From: Eledone cirrhosa
Taxonomy: Eukaryota
Assembly: GCA_964016885.1 (NCBI GenBank)
Contig: OZ024759.1
Location: 31,558,001-31,622,000 of the forward strand
Reading direction: 5' to 3'
Length of the DNA: 64,000 nt
Position 1 is the stretch's first letter. Each line of letters opens with the position of its first letter. Under the pieces are notes generated by a model. That model did no database searches and was not told the origin of the DNA. It saw only the letters and a program-made list of their open reading frames with translations. Positions 24,982-38,475 of the stretch are shown here, one piece after another. The translations under genes and the position numbers were made by a program.

Positions 24982-27980
24982 TCATCATCATCACTGTTTT
25001 ACGTCCGTTCTTCCACACTAGCATGGTTTAGATAGGTTGTCCTGTTGTGGGCAGTGTCCAGTCGGCTGACCTTCTCTTGCTCATAGGGGAACTGATTCTA
25101 GCTTGATTTCTACAGCTGGATGCCCTTCCTAACACCAACCTCAGTTACAGTGAGTGCTGGGTGCTTTTTTTCTGTGGCGCCTACATGTCCACTTTGCAGT
25201 GGAAGGGTGTGGGGGCATATTGTCTATATGCTTCAGCTTCGGCTTGTACCCGTGGGGGATCGGGTCTTCTGTATTACTGCATGACGCCAGAGGTCACGGT
25301 CGTGTGTCATCGCCTTTGAGAGGTGTAATTGGGTAAGGTAGGCTTTTATCACCTCATCCCAGGTCTTCTTGGGTCTCCCCATTCTGCAGTTTCCATCGAC
25401 TTCTACTGCTCTGCACCTTTTTATGCAGCTGTCATCCTTCATACGCATCACATGTCCATACACACAGCATTTGATTCCTCTTATGCTCAGTCTCTCTCTC
25501 AATTCATTTATGCTTTGCCGTTCGCGTATATTACTATTACATATCCATCGGAGCATGCTGGCTTCGTTTCTTTCTAATCTATGCAAGTCTTCCACAGAGC
25601 GCGCCCAGGTCTCACTACCATGTAACATTGCTGTTCGTATACACACATCATACAGTCTGCCTTTCATTTTGAGGGAAAAGCCTTTTGCAGCTAGCAGTGG
25701 CAGTAGCTCCCTGAACTTCTTCCATCCCGTTCTTACCCTAGTTATTGTACTTTCTGAACACCCACCTCCGCTGCTAATTCGGTCACCTAGGTGGCAGAAG
25801 CTGTCTACTGTCTCTACAGAGCCCTCCCAGAGTTTGGTGGTACTTGTTTCCTGTGGCTGTTTGCCGCTTGTTGTCCCAGCACAGCTGCTGCATGTGAAGC
25901 CTACATTCTTAGTTAAGCTTCCTGAGATCCTGCTACATCTCTTGTGTACCCATTGTTTGCATTTGGGGCAGAGAATGGAGTTCCTACCTACACCTTTCCT
26001 ACATACTGAGCAAGGCCATTTCCCTGAGGGGATCTGAGTTCTGTTTTCTCGTCTACTTACAAGGACCTTAGTCTTTGTCAGGTTGACTTTGAGACCCTTT
26101 CTTTCTAGTCCCTGCTTCCAAGTTTGGAATTTCTTCTCTAGTTCTACCATAGATTCAGCTATAGGTGAGAGGTCATCTGCATACAGGAGTTCCCATGGGC
26201 ATCCAGTCTTAAACTCCTCCGTTATTGCCTACAGGACTATGATGAACAGGAGAGGGCTAAGAACAGAGCCCTGGTGGACACCGACCTGTACGCTAATTTC
26301 CTCGCTATACTCATTGCTAATCCTAACTTTGCTGACTGCTCCCCTATACATGGCTTGTACAGCTTTCACAAGCCATTCATCTACTCCTAGTTTTCTAAGA
26401 GCCCACCAGATTATAGCACAGGGAACTCTGTCAAAGGCTTTCTCGAGATCGACGAATGCAGGTAGAGTGGCTTACTTTTAGCTAGGTACTTTTCCTGTAA
26501 CTGCCTCACAAGAAAGAGGGCATCAGTGGTGCTTCTTCCTGGCACAAACCCAAATTGCATCTCATCTAGTTTCACCCGGTCCCTAATCAACTGTGCTATA
26601 ACTCTTTCTGTCACTTTCATGACCTGGTCCATCAGCTTTAAACCTCTATAGTTTCCCCTATCTAGTGCATCACCTTTACCTTTGTAGCAATTGATATTAA
26701 TGCTACTGCACCAATCCTTTGGTATGACACCTTCTAGTATTACCTGGTTAACAATACGTGTGTTTATGGTGTGATCTACCGACCCAGATGCCTTCAGCAT
26801 CTTGGCAGCTACACCCGATGGACCGGTTGCCTTCCCCGTCTTCATATCTTTGATTTCCTTACTTACTACGCTGCTGCTGACTTGTACTGCTGGCCCCTCT
26901 ATAGGGTCTACTTGGGGTAGGGTCTCTTCCCATGCATTCTCCTCATTTAGTAATCTATCATAATGGCTCTTCCATGCATCTTTCTTCTCAGCACTTGTGA
27001 GGGCAGGCTCACCTTTATCATTCCGGATACACTTCTCTCCAATGACATCACACTTCTCTCTGACACACTGCCTCACAATCTTGAACACCTCCTGTTTCTG
27101 GTCCTCACGTTGCAAAACATGCTTGAATTTTCTATCCTCTGCTTCCCTCCTAGCTAAGTATACTTGTCGCCTAGCTTCCCTCCTGGTCTCTATGTAATGT
27201 ACCCTGTTTCCCCTGTTCTTCCATTCTTTCCATTCTTTCCATGCCTGTCTCTTGGCCTTAACTGCCTCATCTACCTTATTGTTCCACCACCAAGTCACTC
27301 TCCTCCTGCCTGTGGTCTTACTCCAGCCACAGATCTCATCCGTCGCCTTTAGTAAATTATTTTTTAGGAACTCCCAGTGCTCTTCTACATTGAATGTCTC
27401 TATCTGTTCTTCTTTACTGTCATATGCATTGAGTAAAATATCTTTAAATCTGCTACTGGCTGGGGGGGTCTTTCAGCTTCCAGATCTTTCTTCTCCATGT
27501 TGGCTTCTGTTTCCAGGTTCGTCTAGTTCTGACCGTGAGGTCGCTGACAACTAAGCTATGTTGGGAGGTACATTCCTCACTAGGGAAGGCTTTTGTGTTT
27601 ACGACCTTCCATCTGTCACGTCCTCTGATGAGGATAAAATTTATCTGACTAGAATGCTCCCCTGATCTATAGGTGATCGGGCGGTTGGCAGGTTTTTTTA
27701 AGTTTGTGTTACATATCGACATGTCATTGGCGTTGCAGAATTCTAGAAGCCTGAATCCTTCTTCATTTCATCTGGCAACCCCGATTGGGGTGCGTAAGCT
27801 GATATTATCGTGGTAATTGTTTTATTCAGGACTAGTCTGAGTTTAATGATTCTTGCATTCACCCTGTTCACTGAGATTACCTTATCTACCCACTTGTCAG
27901 CTAATAGTATACCTACACCACCCATCCCATCATCATTTCCCACCCAGAAAAATTTGTAGCACTGACTTTTTCCTACAAGG
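24979..27980 (-). mobile_element. RTE-clade LINE, ~3 kb, APE endonuclease fragment plus RT plus Cys/His finger, frameshifted
   Basis: GVGILLA..IISAYAPQ (EN), TWWWN, YKGKGDALDRGNYRGLKL, QFGFVPGRSTTDA, GCPWELLYADDL, MLHGSETW, 3' UTR and (GAT)n tail. Confidence 0.95.
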
Positions 27981-28030
<50 letters not shown>

Positions 28031-28192
28031 CATCTAAACCCATGCTAGCGTGGAAGATAGACGTTAAACGATGATGATGATGATGATGATGACGATGATG
28101 ATGATGTATAGGAATACTGTTGGCTTCTTGCTACAATACTTTCTATACCTTTTATTTATATATATTTATATATATATACTTATATGTATATA

Positions 28193-29340
28193 AGTTGATG
28201 GTGGTGTAGTAAGTAAGGCAATCAAAAATATGAAGACAGGCAAGGCAGCTGGGCCTATGGGGATAGTTGCTGAAATGTTGAAGGTATCTGGAATGGTGGG
28301 ACATACTATGGTCACTCGGATAGTAAACCAGGTAATACAGAATCGGGTCATACCAAATGACTGGTGTAGCAGCATCATGTATGCAGAAAGGAGAATATGG
28401 CACAGGTACCATCTGGGAAATGGCCATACTCAGTGTGTAAGAAAGGAGTAGGCAGAAACTCCATTCTATGTCACAAATGCAAACTGTGGGTACATAAAAG
28501 ATGTAGTGGGATCAGAGGTAAGCTATCTAAGAATGTAGATTTTATATGTGGTCGATGCTCAGGTGCAGTAAGTAGCAAGGACCCACTGGATGATATCTCC
28601 TTCAACTGCCCAGATGGTTCTATAGAAATAGTAGACACCTTCCATTACCTGGGTGACAAAATCAGCAGTGGAGGAGGGTTCTCTGAAAGTGTAGTAGCCA
28701 GAGTTAGAATGGGATGGAAAAAGTTCAGAGAGCTAATACCGCTGTTGGCCACTAGGGTACTTTCTCTAAAAATGAAAGATGTATGTGACTTCGGCATTGT
28801 GTGCTGAAGACCTGCTTAGATTGGAAAGAAATGAAGCTTGCATGCTCCGATAGATGTGTAATAGTAATGTGCGCGAAAGGCGAAGCATAAACGAACTAAG
28901 AGGGAGACTAAGCATAAGAGGTATCAAATGTTGTGTTCTGGAGAAGAGGTTTAGTTGGTATGGACATGTGATGTGTATGAAGGATGACAGCTGTAAAAAA
29001 AAGTGCAGGGCAATGAAATTGATGGAAGTTGCAGAGTGGGTAGAGCAAGCAAAACCTGGGATGAGGTGTTAAAAACTGACCTTGCCCACCTACACCTCTC
29101 TAAGACAATGACACTGGATCGAGACCTTTGGTGCCATGCAGTTGTACAAAAGACCCGACTACCATTGCATACAAACCTACAGTCAGTAGGCACCTTTCAA
29201 CTCAATGTACACCCTGTAACCACACCCTACCCCATCCTCCCTCTCCCGTTCAGTCCACAATGTCGATGACACAACAGTCCACACTGTAAGGTGGCTGTGT
29301 AGGAGACATGGTGCAAAGGTTCCCAGTCCACCCTGTAAAT
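28193..29340 (+). mobile_element. RTE LINE fragment with internal deletion, opposite orientation to its neighbour
   Basis: MKTGKAAGP..AEMLK joined to KWPYSVCKKGVGRNSILC..WVHKRCSGI, FHYLG, WYGHVM. Confidence 0.88.
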
Positions 29341-30589
29341 TCTGTTTTGCACCTCCTAATTGGAGATGCGGTCTCTGTAGGTGATGCCAAGAAGCTTTTT
29401 GAAGGATCTTATCTCCATAGCCTGTATTCTTCTTTCAAGATCTGCTGTTATTGTAAAGAAGAATACAGGCTATATATATATATACACACACACACATGCA
29501 TACATAAGTGTGTACCTATATTTTAAATAATATTACTGGGGTTTAAAAAAGGAGTATACAGTTCTAATGTTTCAGATATCCTAGCTGGCTCTTTGAATGT
29601 GATTCAGCTGCTATTTGCAACATCCTACAAGGCCATATTGTGTGATTTAAGCATGGTTTGGCTGCTATTTATAGCGTGAGGCTGGGTAGTTGGTTACACA
29701 ATCAAAGGGAAGTCATTTGTTCAAATCCCGTTTTATAGATTATTTCCCTTTAAATACAAATTGAAATAAAGCGTCTGATTTTTTTATGTCTGCTTTTGTT
29801 TCTTATTTACTTTCTTAATAAAACCTTGTTTATTGAAACTTTACAAATATACATATTAAAATATTTAAATTGTGATTCTAGGGATAGATTTAGGGATAGA
29901 TCTGACTGCTGGTAGTGCGTGAGAGACGGGGCGGATGTCAGTAGGAGTTTGGTTCCTCTGTGTTCGGACCTGGGATATATGTGTGTGTAATTCTAGGAAC
30001 TATATTGAAAAATAAACAACACTAATAAAACATTATATATGACAAAAACATCTGGAGGATGTTTTAGTGGCTTTTAACACATTAAAAGGACATTCCGTTG
30101 CTATTATTAGCATTGTTATCAGGTTACAATATTCGACTGGCATTTGCACCATTATGAAGGACATGGCTGTTATTTCTGATATCCTCTAAGTGGAGCTGGC
30201 TGGTTCATTAGATTGTGATTCGAGGAGTATTTTGGCTGCTATTTTTAGCAAGTTCTAACACATGGGGTTTATGTTTTACAGGTGACTTTGCTGCAATTTC
30301 TAATTCATATTTAATAATAATTATTATTATTATTGTGCTCAGATGCACTACAACTCATCAAAGGTAATAGAAAATTTCATCAGCTTCACTTTGTGGCAAT
30401 TGGTAGCTCGGCTGTCCAGAATATGGCAGATGTGAGTTCAATCCTACAAGCAATATTGTCAACTTTTTTCCATCCTTGGACGTTTGTTGGACCATTTCTC
30501 ATAGCCAAAACAACACATTCATTAAAGCTTCCAATTATTAATTTTCAATAAATACATATCAAAGACATTTCTTCGTTTACAGAAAATAT

Positions 30590-30925
30590 TTATGCTTGAA
30601 TTTTCTATCCTCTGCTTCCCTCCTAGCTAAGTATACTTGTCGCCTAGCTTCCCTCCTGGTCTCTATGTAATGTACCCTGTTTCCCCTGTTCTTCCATTCT
30701 TTCCATGCCCGTCTCTTGGCCTTAACTGCCTCATCTACCTTATTGTTCCACCACCAAGTCACTCTCCTCCTATATACACACCTAAGTAGACTTCATTTCT
30801 TTCCAATCTTCGCAGGTCCTCTGCACACAGTGCCCAGGGCTCGCTGCTGTGCAACATAGTTGTTCGTATACATGCATCATACAGTCTGCCTGTCATTTTG
30901 AGGGGAAAACCTTTTGCAGTTAGCA
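30590..30925 (-). mobile_element. Chimera of two short RTE fragments
   Basis: 30590-30770 nearly identical to 27119-27306; 30771-30925 is the reverse complement of 23535-23688. Confidence 0.8.
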
Positions 30926-31643
30926 AGATAAATACAGAAATATTTATCACCAAATGTGTATATTTATCTAAATGCCTTCCATCATAATTCCATGGAAGAA
31001 CCTTTGTTAACCCTTTAGCCTTTAAACCTGCTAGAACTCTCCCACCCCCTGCGCCTAAACCAGCTGTAACTGACCGCTCATACTGATATTAAGGTACTGT
31101 TCTCAAAACAAATGATACCAAAATCCCATAGATTCGATATCATGTGAGATAACCATGTAAGAGAAAGCAGCCCCATCACAAAAATACAATAGTATATATA
31201 GAGTAATGCAAATGCTAAAGGGTTAAGTTAAGTTCCAAACACTAGATAAATAACGAGAAAGTTAATTATATTACTAAATACCACTAAATTCTTGCAAAAT
31301 TATTTGAATACCACAGGCAGTGTATTTTGTTAATCACAGAGTTAAACACCCCAGATACTACTGGTACTCATTTTCTCACTTTCAGCAACTGAAATAACAT
31401 GGAATTAAATGTTTTGCTCAAGAACACAATACACAACCCAGTCAAAGAAGTTAACCCATGATGTTTGGATTGGAAGTCTAACATTTTAACCACTAGCTCG
31501 TGTGTGCGTGTATGTGTGTGTACCTGTGTGTCTGTGTGAGTCTGTCTGTATATATGTGTGTGTGTGTAGGTATTCTGCACAGTCTCCATCTACCAAAATT
31601 TCAGTCACATTATTGAAGATCAGTTTAACAATTGATCACTTAC

Positions 31644-31861
31644 CCTGTATCCTCTAGCATCTCGTGCATCTCAGTAGTCGGGGCAGCTATAAACATAATG
31701 ATGGGCTAGAAATCTGCAGTTTTCAGAATCTTCGATGAAGTTGGGTTAACATCCAACACACACATCTTAGAGGAACGTATAACATCCAAGATGGTATCAG
31801 TCTTGGTGCCATACAAATTTCCATTGTATTCACCATGTTCCAAAAGTTTCTTATTTCTTAT
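31644..31861 (-). pseudogene. Isolated MAGUK p55-subfamily (MPP2/MPP6-like) guanylate-kinase-domain exon fragment with in-frame stop
   Basis: Translates IRNKKLLEHGEYNGNLYGTKTDTILDVIRSSKMCVLDVNPTSSKILKTADF*PIIMFIAAPTTEMHEMLEDT; TAG at 31706-31708; ends at a gtaagt donor; no homologous upstream continuation seen. Confidence 0.8.
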
Positions 31862-31906
31862 TTGAAGATTTGAGGGAAATTTTACTACGATCTTTAAAGT
31901 TTTACG

Positions 31907-31958
<52 letters not shown>

Positions 31959-32016
31959 TTTCTTTATTAACCACAAGGGTTTACATAAAGTAGACATTAA
32001 GGACAGTACAGGAAGA

Positions 32017-32059
<43 letters not shown>

Positions 32060-32062
<3 letters not shown>

Positions 32063-32646
32063 TTGTGTAGTGCTCAGCTGCACTACAACTCATTAAAGGT
32101 GTGTATATATAGTACATAGAATAATGTACAAATGTCAGGAAAGTGAACAGTGTATGAGTCATGATATATACATAGACACATGTGTGTGTATAGAGAGGGT
32201 ATATAAGGTGTAGTGTTGGCTAATTTCAGGAAACATGGAGGTTTTAAAGGATGCAGTGTCCCAGCAGCTAACAATTGATGCAGGTAGTTTGTTCCATGCT
32301 TCAGCAACTCTGAGTGTGAAAAAATGTTTCCGAAAGTCATTGGAGCTGTGCTGTTTTCTAACTTTGTAAGCATATCCACGTGTGTTAGACACATGGAGTT
32401 CAAAAAGATGCTCAGGGTTGTTGTTGGAAAGATGGTTAATAATGTCGTGGGTGTTTACCAAGTCAGTTGCCAGACGTCGGAGCTTCAATGTATCCATGTC
32501 CAGAGAAGCAAGATGTTCAGAGTATGGTAGATGCCTAATGGAGGGTATTCGCTTGGTTGCACGTCTCTGAACAGTTTCCAGGGAGGTCAATGTTCTGAGA
32601 AAGTTCCGAACATTGACCTCCTGGAAACTGTTCAGAGACGTGCAAC
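32060..32646 (-). mobile_element. CR1 LINE 3' end with 5' fold-back
   Basis: LETVQRRATKRIP...RKHFFTLRVAEAWNKLP plus CR1 tail; inverted repeat 32556-32595 / 32608-32646. Confidence 0.88.
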
Positions 32647-33646
32647 ACATATGTGTATGTGTGTTTACGTTTGTAAATACGTACGTGTATAGATAGATAG
32701 ATATCTTTCTTTGATAGATAGATAGATAGATATCTTTCTTTGATAGATAGATATATTTCTTAGATAGATAGATAGATATAGATGTGTGTGTGTGTGTATG
32801 TGTGATAGACTGACAGAGAGAGGGGTAAAGAGAGATAAATGTAAAAGGGTAAGGTCTATATAGAGAGGGGGAGATGATGCAACGAGAGAGGGATCTCTCT
32901 CTTTCTCTTTATTATATATATAGAGAGAGAAGGGGGGAGTATCGATGTTTGCAGCCAGAAAAGCTAATAAACCGTTATACATGGATTTATAAACAAGTGC
33001 AACGATAGACAAGACACAGTTTAAAAAAATAAGACCTGCTATAAGGGCATTATACAATTTATTTTAGTATTTATATATTTTTTACTGATCGTCTGCAACC
33101 ATGTCAGATGTAAAGAGAGAGTAGTATGAGGTAACCATAACAACCGTGGTAGCAACACTAAACTTTTTATTTTTAATGAAGCAAAAAAAGAAGCCTTACT
33201 TACTTAAAATTAGTTTAAATTTCGAAATGTTAATTATTAATTTATTTCAAAAACATTTAGGGCTTTTGGTAATCAATGCGTAAATAGAATACAAAAATCA
33301 CCAATAATAATTGTAGACCCGCAGTAAATTAACCGGCTAGCCTATAGTGATGGTGGTAGTGATGGCCCTGTGATAAACTTGCGAAACTGCAGAATAACAA
33401 GACTCACTATTTAGCCTAATAAAATTAATTTTAAAACTATTTCGGTATGAAATCCTCCTTTCTCTCAACCGTTAACCACATACCGATATGTATGGACACT
33501 GGCTTCGGTCGTTTTTCTTGGTGTCACACTTTTTAACTGTTGTGTTTACTTTGGACGGTTAACACCGCTTTAAGTCCCTCAAACAACTCGATTAGTCCCT
33601 GCTATATGGCAGCTACAATTTCGATCCATACCTAATATTATATATA

Positions 33647-33752
33647 TATTAAAATAACAGATTAAAGTTTAAGCAAAGAATCGCTGCTTTCACCCAAAAA
33701 AAGTGGGTGAAAGCAGCGATTCTTTGCTGAAACTTTAATCTGTTATTTTAAT
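33647..33752. repeat. Fold-back palindrome with ~50-bp arms
   Basis: ...gaatcgctgctttcaccc-aaaaaaagt-gggtgaaagcagcgattc...; single-arm relatives at 19073-19150, 33865-33902, 48780-48848. Confidence 0.85.
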
Positions 33753-35557
33753 AAATATTTGCTCTACGGTGCTTATATATTTGATATATATTTATCCTTA
33801 TCGAGCCCTCTTTGGATTTTAGTCTTCAAATTTATTATTACTATATATATATATATATATATATTTATTAAAATAACAGATTAAAGTTTAAGCAAAGAAT
33901 CACTTATATATATATATCAAATGAAAAAGATGTATGTAGAGAGAGAAAGAACTATCTAGTGTTCTTTCACTCTATTTGATTTATTATGGCTCTGGATAAT
34001 GTCCATTAAGCTTGCTTCGTGAGAAACAAAATTCTAACATATTTGATATATTTTGATTCATTACGGTTGTGTGTGTGTGTATATATATATGAAAGGATTC
34101 AGGACCCCGACAGCTGAGCTCCGGCCGTTTCGACAGCTAGATATATATATATACGATTACAATATATGTGTGTGTGTATTGTAAATAAAAGGCCAAGGAA
34201 AAAAATACTCAATCTATTACAATAGAGTTTATTTTGTTTATATTATAGTTCAAACACTGAACATGTATGCATCACCTTAGGGTTCAGGCTTCAGTTATGG
34301 TGGAGTAGCTGTTCTAAAGCTGGCCTCTCTCGTCAGGTGCAAGGACAATATGTGTACGTGTGTGTATAAATATTCTCTCATAGCCCAACCTAACAGCAGA
34401 ATGCAACAAATACTCACAAACTAACCATAACTCAAAATAAATATTTAATCTTTATTACAGGCACTGGTAGGATGAACATAAAACCCGAATATAGGTATAT
34501 AGGATAATTTTCCCAATGCGGTAGAAATATCGATCGTTCCTTTTGTTTTGAACCATTTACTGGGGGAAAAAAAACAATAACATTATTTTGTTGTTTTATT
34601 TGACATCCCTTTATATATTTCTACCGCATTGTACCGGCTTTCTGAAGCTTATCAATCAGTCATAGATAAATATATATATATATATGCGATTTTCAATATG
34701 TCCATATGTACAGTTTAATAAATGAACATTTATTAAATTCTAATTTTTTTTCCTGAATATTATCCGTTTCTCATAATTATCATACATGTATATGTTATAC
34801 CTTTAACATACACATTTTAAATTGAAACTTCGTTATCTCGCGTGCATCTAAAAAAATAATTTCACCCATATTTTGCGATTAAGTCATGACGGAGTTATCG
34901 TTCTTGAGATTTCCCATCAGGGAAAATTGGGGAACTGATGTCGCTAAGGAGTCAACAGCCGACCTGCACTGTGGCATTCTGGGAAAAAAAAATTCAATGA
35001 ATTTCAATGAATTTTTTTTCAATATGACAAATTTTCAAATTTCTTTTGCGACCGTCAGCTTGTTGTTTCGTATAAGTAAATAAATGTTGGTCACAACGTA
35101 AAGTATTGTTCGTGAGAGCATGACAGCGAAGGTGTTATTGTTGTTGTTGTTTTCAGTGGTGGTGATGATTGTCGTATTGATGATGAGGTTGGTGATGGAG
35201 ATTCACCTATATTTTGTTAGTGGGATTTGCTAGGTGTGTGTGTGTGTGTGTGTGTCTTTTTATGCCCTGTAATCAGCAATTCAACAGAGATTGGTAAAAT
35301 AAGCAACAAACGAGGCATTGGTCAACCGAGAAATTGGAAAACTGAGGACTAGAAGAAGAAACGTGCTTTAGCATTTAAACAGGCCGTATCCAGTCAGAAT
35401 TTTCTCACCTCTTTCTGTTCAAATCGGCTGCTCATACTTATGTTAATGTTTTGTTCTCAAAATAAATATCAAAATCTTGTAGATTCAACATTATATAGGT
35501 CAAGCCTTTACCGTGAAAATACAATAGTATATATAATGTAAATACTAAAGGGTTCAA

Positions 35558-36549
35558 TACGAGAGTCGGCTGAAAAGGTCATTGTACGATTATGAAGGAG
35601 TGGTGCTAGAGCTGTGAAATTTTGCATGCATTAATTTCAACTCTTATAAATAACCTTCGTTTTTTTCCAGGGACTAGGTTGAAAAATAAACCTCATTTGG
35701 TCATTTCATGAGAATATCTTGGTCAGCCTATGAAGGAATGAAGCTAGAGCTGTGAAATCTTGCATTCATTAATTTCAACTCTTATAAATAACTGCATTGT
35801 TTTTTCCAGGAACTATGTTGAAAAATAAACCTCAGTTAGTCATTCCATGAGAGTATCTTGGTCAGCCTATTAAGCTAGAGCTGTGAAATCTTGCATGCAT
35901 CAATTTCAACTCTTATAAATAACTATTGTTTTTTCCAGGAACTATGTTGAAAAATAAACCTCAGTTAGTCATTCCATGAGAGTATCTTGGTCAGCCTATT
36001 AAGCTAGAGCTGTGAAATCTTGCATGCATCAATTTCAACTCTTATAAATAACTGCATTGTTTTTTCCAGGAACTATGTTGAAAAATAAACCTCAGTTAGT
36101 CATTCCATGAGAGTATCTTGGTCAGCCTATTAAGCTAGAGCTGCGAAATCTTGCATGCATCAATTTCAACTCTTATAAATAACTGCATTGTTTTTTCCAG
36201 GAACTATGTTGAAAAATAAACCTCAGTCATTCCATGAGAGGATCTTGGTCAGTCTATTAAGCTAGAGCTGTGAAATCTTGCATGCATTAATTTCAACTCT
36301 TATAAATAACTGCATTGTTTTTTCCAGGAACTATGTTGAAAAATAAACCTCATTTTGTCATTCCATGAGAGTATCTTGGTCAGCCTATGAAGGAATGAAG
36401 CTAGAGCTGTGAAATCTTGCATGCATTAGTTTCAACTCTTTAAATAACTGCATTGTTTTTTTCCAGAGACTATGTTGAAAAATAAACCTCATTTGGTCAT
36501 TCCATGAGAGTATCTGGTCAGCATATAACCTTTTCAGCTGGCCCTTGTA
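35558..36549. mobile_element. mariner-type MITE carrying an internal 7 x ~130 bp tandem array
   Basis: TA-CGAGAGTCGGCTGAAAAGGT ... ACCTTTTCAGCTGGCCCTTG-TA imperfect TIRs; units start near 35605, 35743, 35874, 36003, 36134, 36261, 36399. Confidence 0.75.
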
Positions 36550-37884
36550 TAATACTAACAGAAAAACAACAAGACCTACAAAACAAAACAAAACAAAAAC
36601 ACACAAACAAAAATTCAATTAACAAAATATTTGATAATGATAATTGTTGTAATTTTATTTCAGTTTTAAGTTGCAATTTTTGGAAGTTGTCATTTATAAA
36701 ATCCCAGAAAAGCCAATTTTAAGAAGTAGTTAAACTTAATACATATTAAGGCCTTTTTTTTCATACATGGAAACAATTTTACATTCTTAAGGTATTCTGC
36801 CCTCTCTAGCTTATGACGAGCAAGAAATTTCTTCCTTCAATTAAAACATAGGCTAGAAAGAAAACAGGTAGGTACCAGTCATATTTTGGGGAGTGGGGGT
36901 TGGAGATTTGCTTTTCTTTTTGTTTTATGTTCTTTTTTTTTTCGTTTTATTTTATTTTTTGTTTTCTTTCATTTTTTTTTTATTTTTTATTATTTCATTT
37001 TTTATTTTTATTTTTTTTTTGTTTAATTATTGTTTAACATCCACTTCCAAAACTTTAGCCTTTAACCCTTAAACTACCGGTAAAGTACGCAAAGATAGAT
37101 TCTTATATGAACTGAACTAGGAAAAGGTCTCTTTTTCTTCTCTTCTGCTCTTGGAATAACCCTGAGGTTTTATGTTCTGCTCAGAAGAGGCCCAAATACC
37201 ATATATGTTGCCATGGGAGAGGGTGGGGATATGGAGAGAGAGAGAGAGAAAGGGATAATGAGGATGGAGGAATGGAATAAACTAGAAATATTTTCTGCCT
37301 TGAGGGTGAACAGTGAGAAAGAGGGTGGTGCTAATAAAGAGACAGGAAATTAATGTCTGAGGGTGGATAAACAGGGAGAGGGGTTAAATAATACAAGGGA
37401 AAATGTAATGTAAAGAAAAAAGGAGGATACCAAATATTTTAAGCTTAACCCCCCCCCCCCCCAATAAAAAGCTACATGGATGTGTTGACCCCTTTCAAGA
37501 GGCCCAAATAGAATGATGCCATGAGGAAGAAGAGTTAAACTTGAAGTGAGGGTAGAATAAGCTAGGGACAATGCCTACATTAAGAGTGGATGATAAGAAA
37601 AAAGTGAAATAGAGAGCTCACATCTATGTAGGTTTATCTAATCTTATAGGAGCTTTCTTAACCCTTTAGCATTTAAACCGGCTGTATCTGGCAAGAATTT
37701 TCTCACCTCTTTCTGTTCAACCCAGCCATAACTAGCTGCTCATACTGATGTTGAGGTATTGTTCTCAAAATAAATAACATCAAAATCTCGTACATTTGAT
37801 ATTATGTGAGATAATTGTGAGGTAAAACCTTTACCACAAAAATACAATACTATATATAGAGTAATGTAAATACTAAAGGGTTAA

Positions 37885-38475
37885 GGGTTTCAATGACAGG
37901 GGTCCCAGTCCTATTATGTTACAGCTCACATCCATGTAGGTTTAACTGACTTCGTACAGGTTGTATTTCATAAGATGTTTCGTGTGGGTTTAAATATGGG
38001 GCCCTAGTTACTGTTACAGTGCACACCTATGTAGGTTTAGCTGACCTACAAGGTTGTATCCCATAGGGGGTTTCAAGGATGTCTCAATGATAAGAGACCC
38101 GTCATATGTCATTGCAGCCCACACCTATGTAGGTTTAGCTGACCTCCAAGGTAGTATCCCATAGGTTTATTGGATGTTTTAATGATAGGGGGTTCTAGTC
38201 CTATAATATTGTTGTCACAGCTCACACCTATATAGGTTTAGCTAGCATCCTACGAGGTTGTATCACATAGGAGGTTTCTCGGATGTTTTAACGATAGGGC
38301 CCCCCAGTCCTATCATGTTACAGCTCACACCGATGTATCTCAAAGGAGGTTTCTCAAATGTTTTAATGATAACGGGGAGGGCCCCTAATCCTATCATGTT
38401 GTTCTTGTAACAGCTCACACCTATGTAGGTTTAGCTGAACTCATACATGGTTTGTATCCCATAGCAGGTTTTGGA
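37885..38475. repeat. ~100-115 bp minisatellite, same family as 7460-8198 in reverse orientation
   Basis: Repeating acagctcacacctatgtaggtttagctgac...ttttaatgatagg...agtcctat. Confidence 0.8.
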
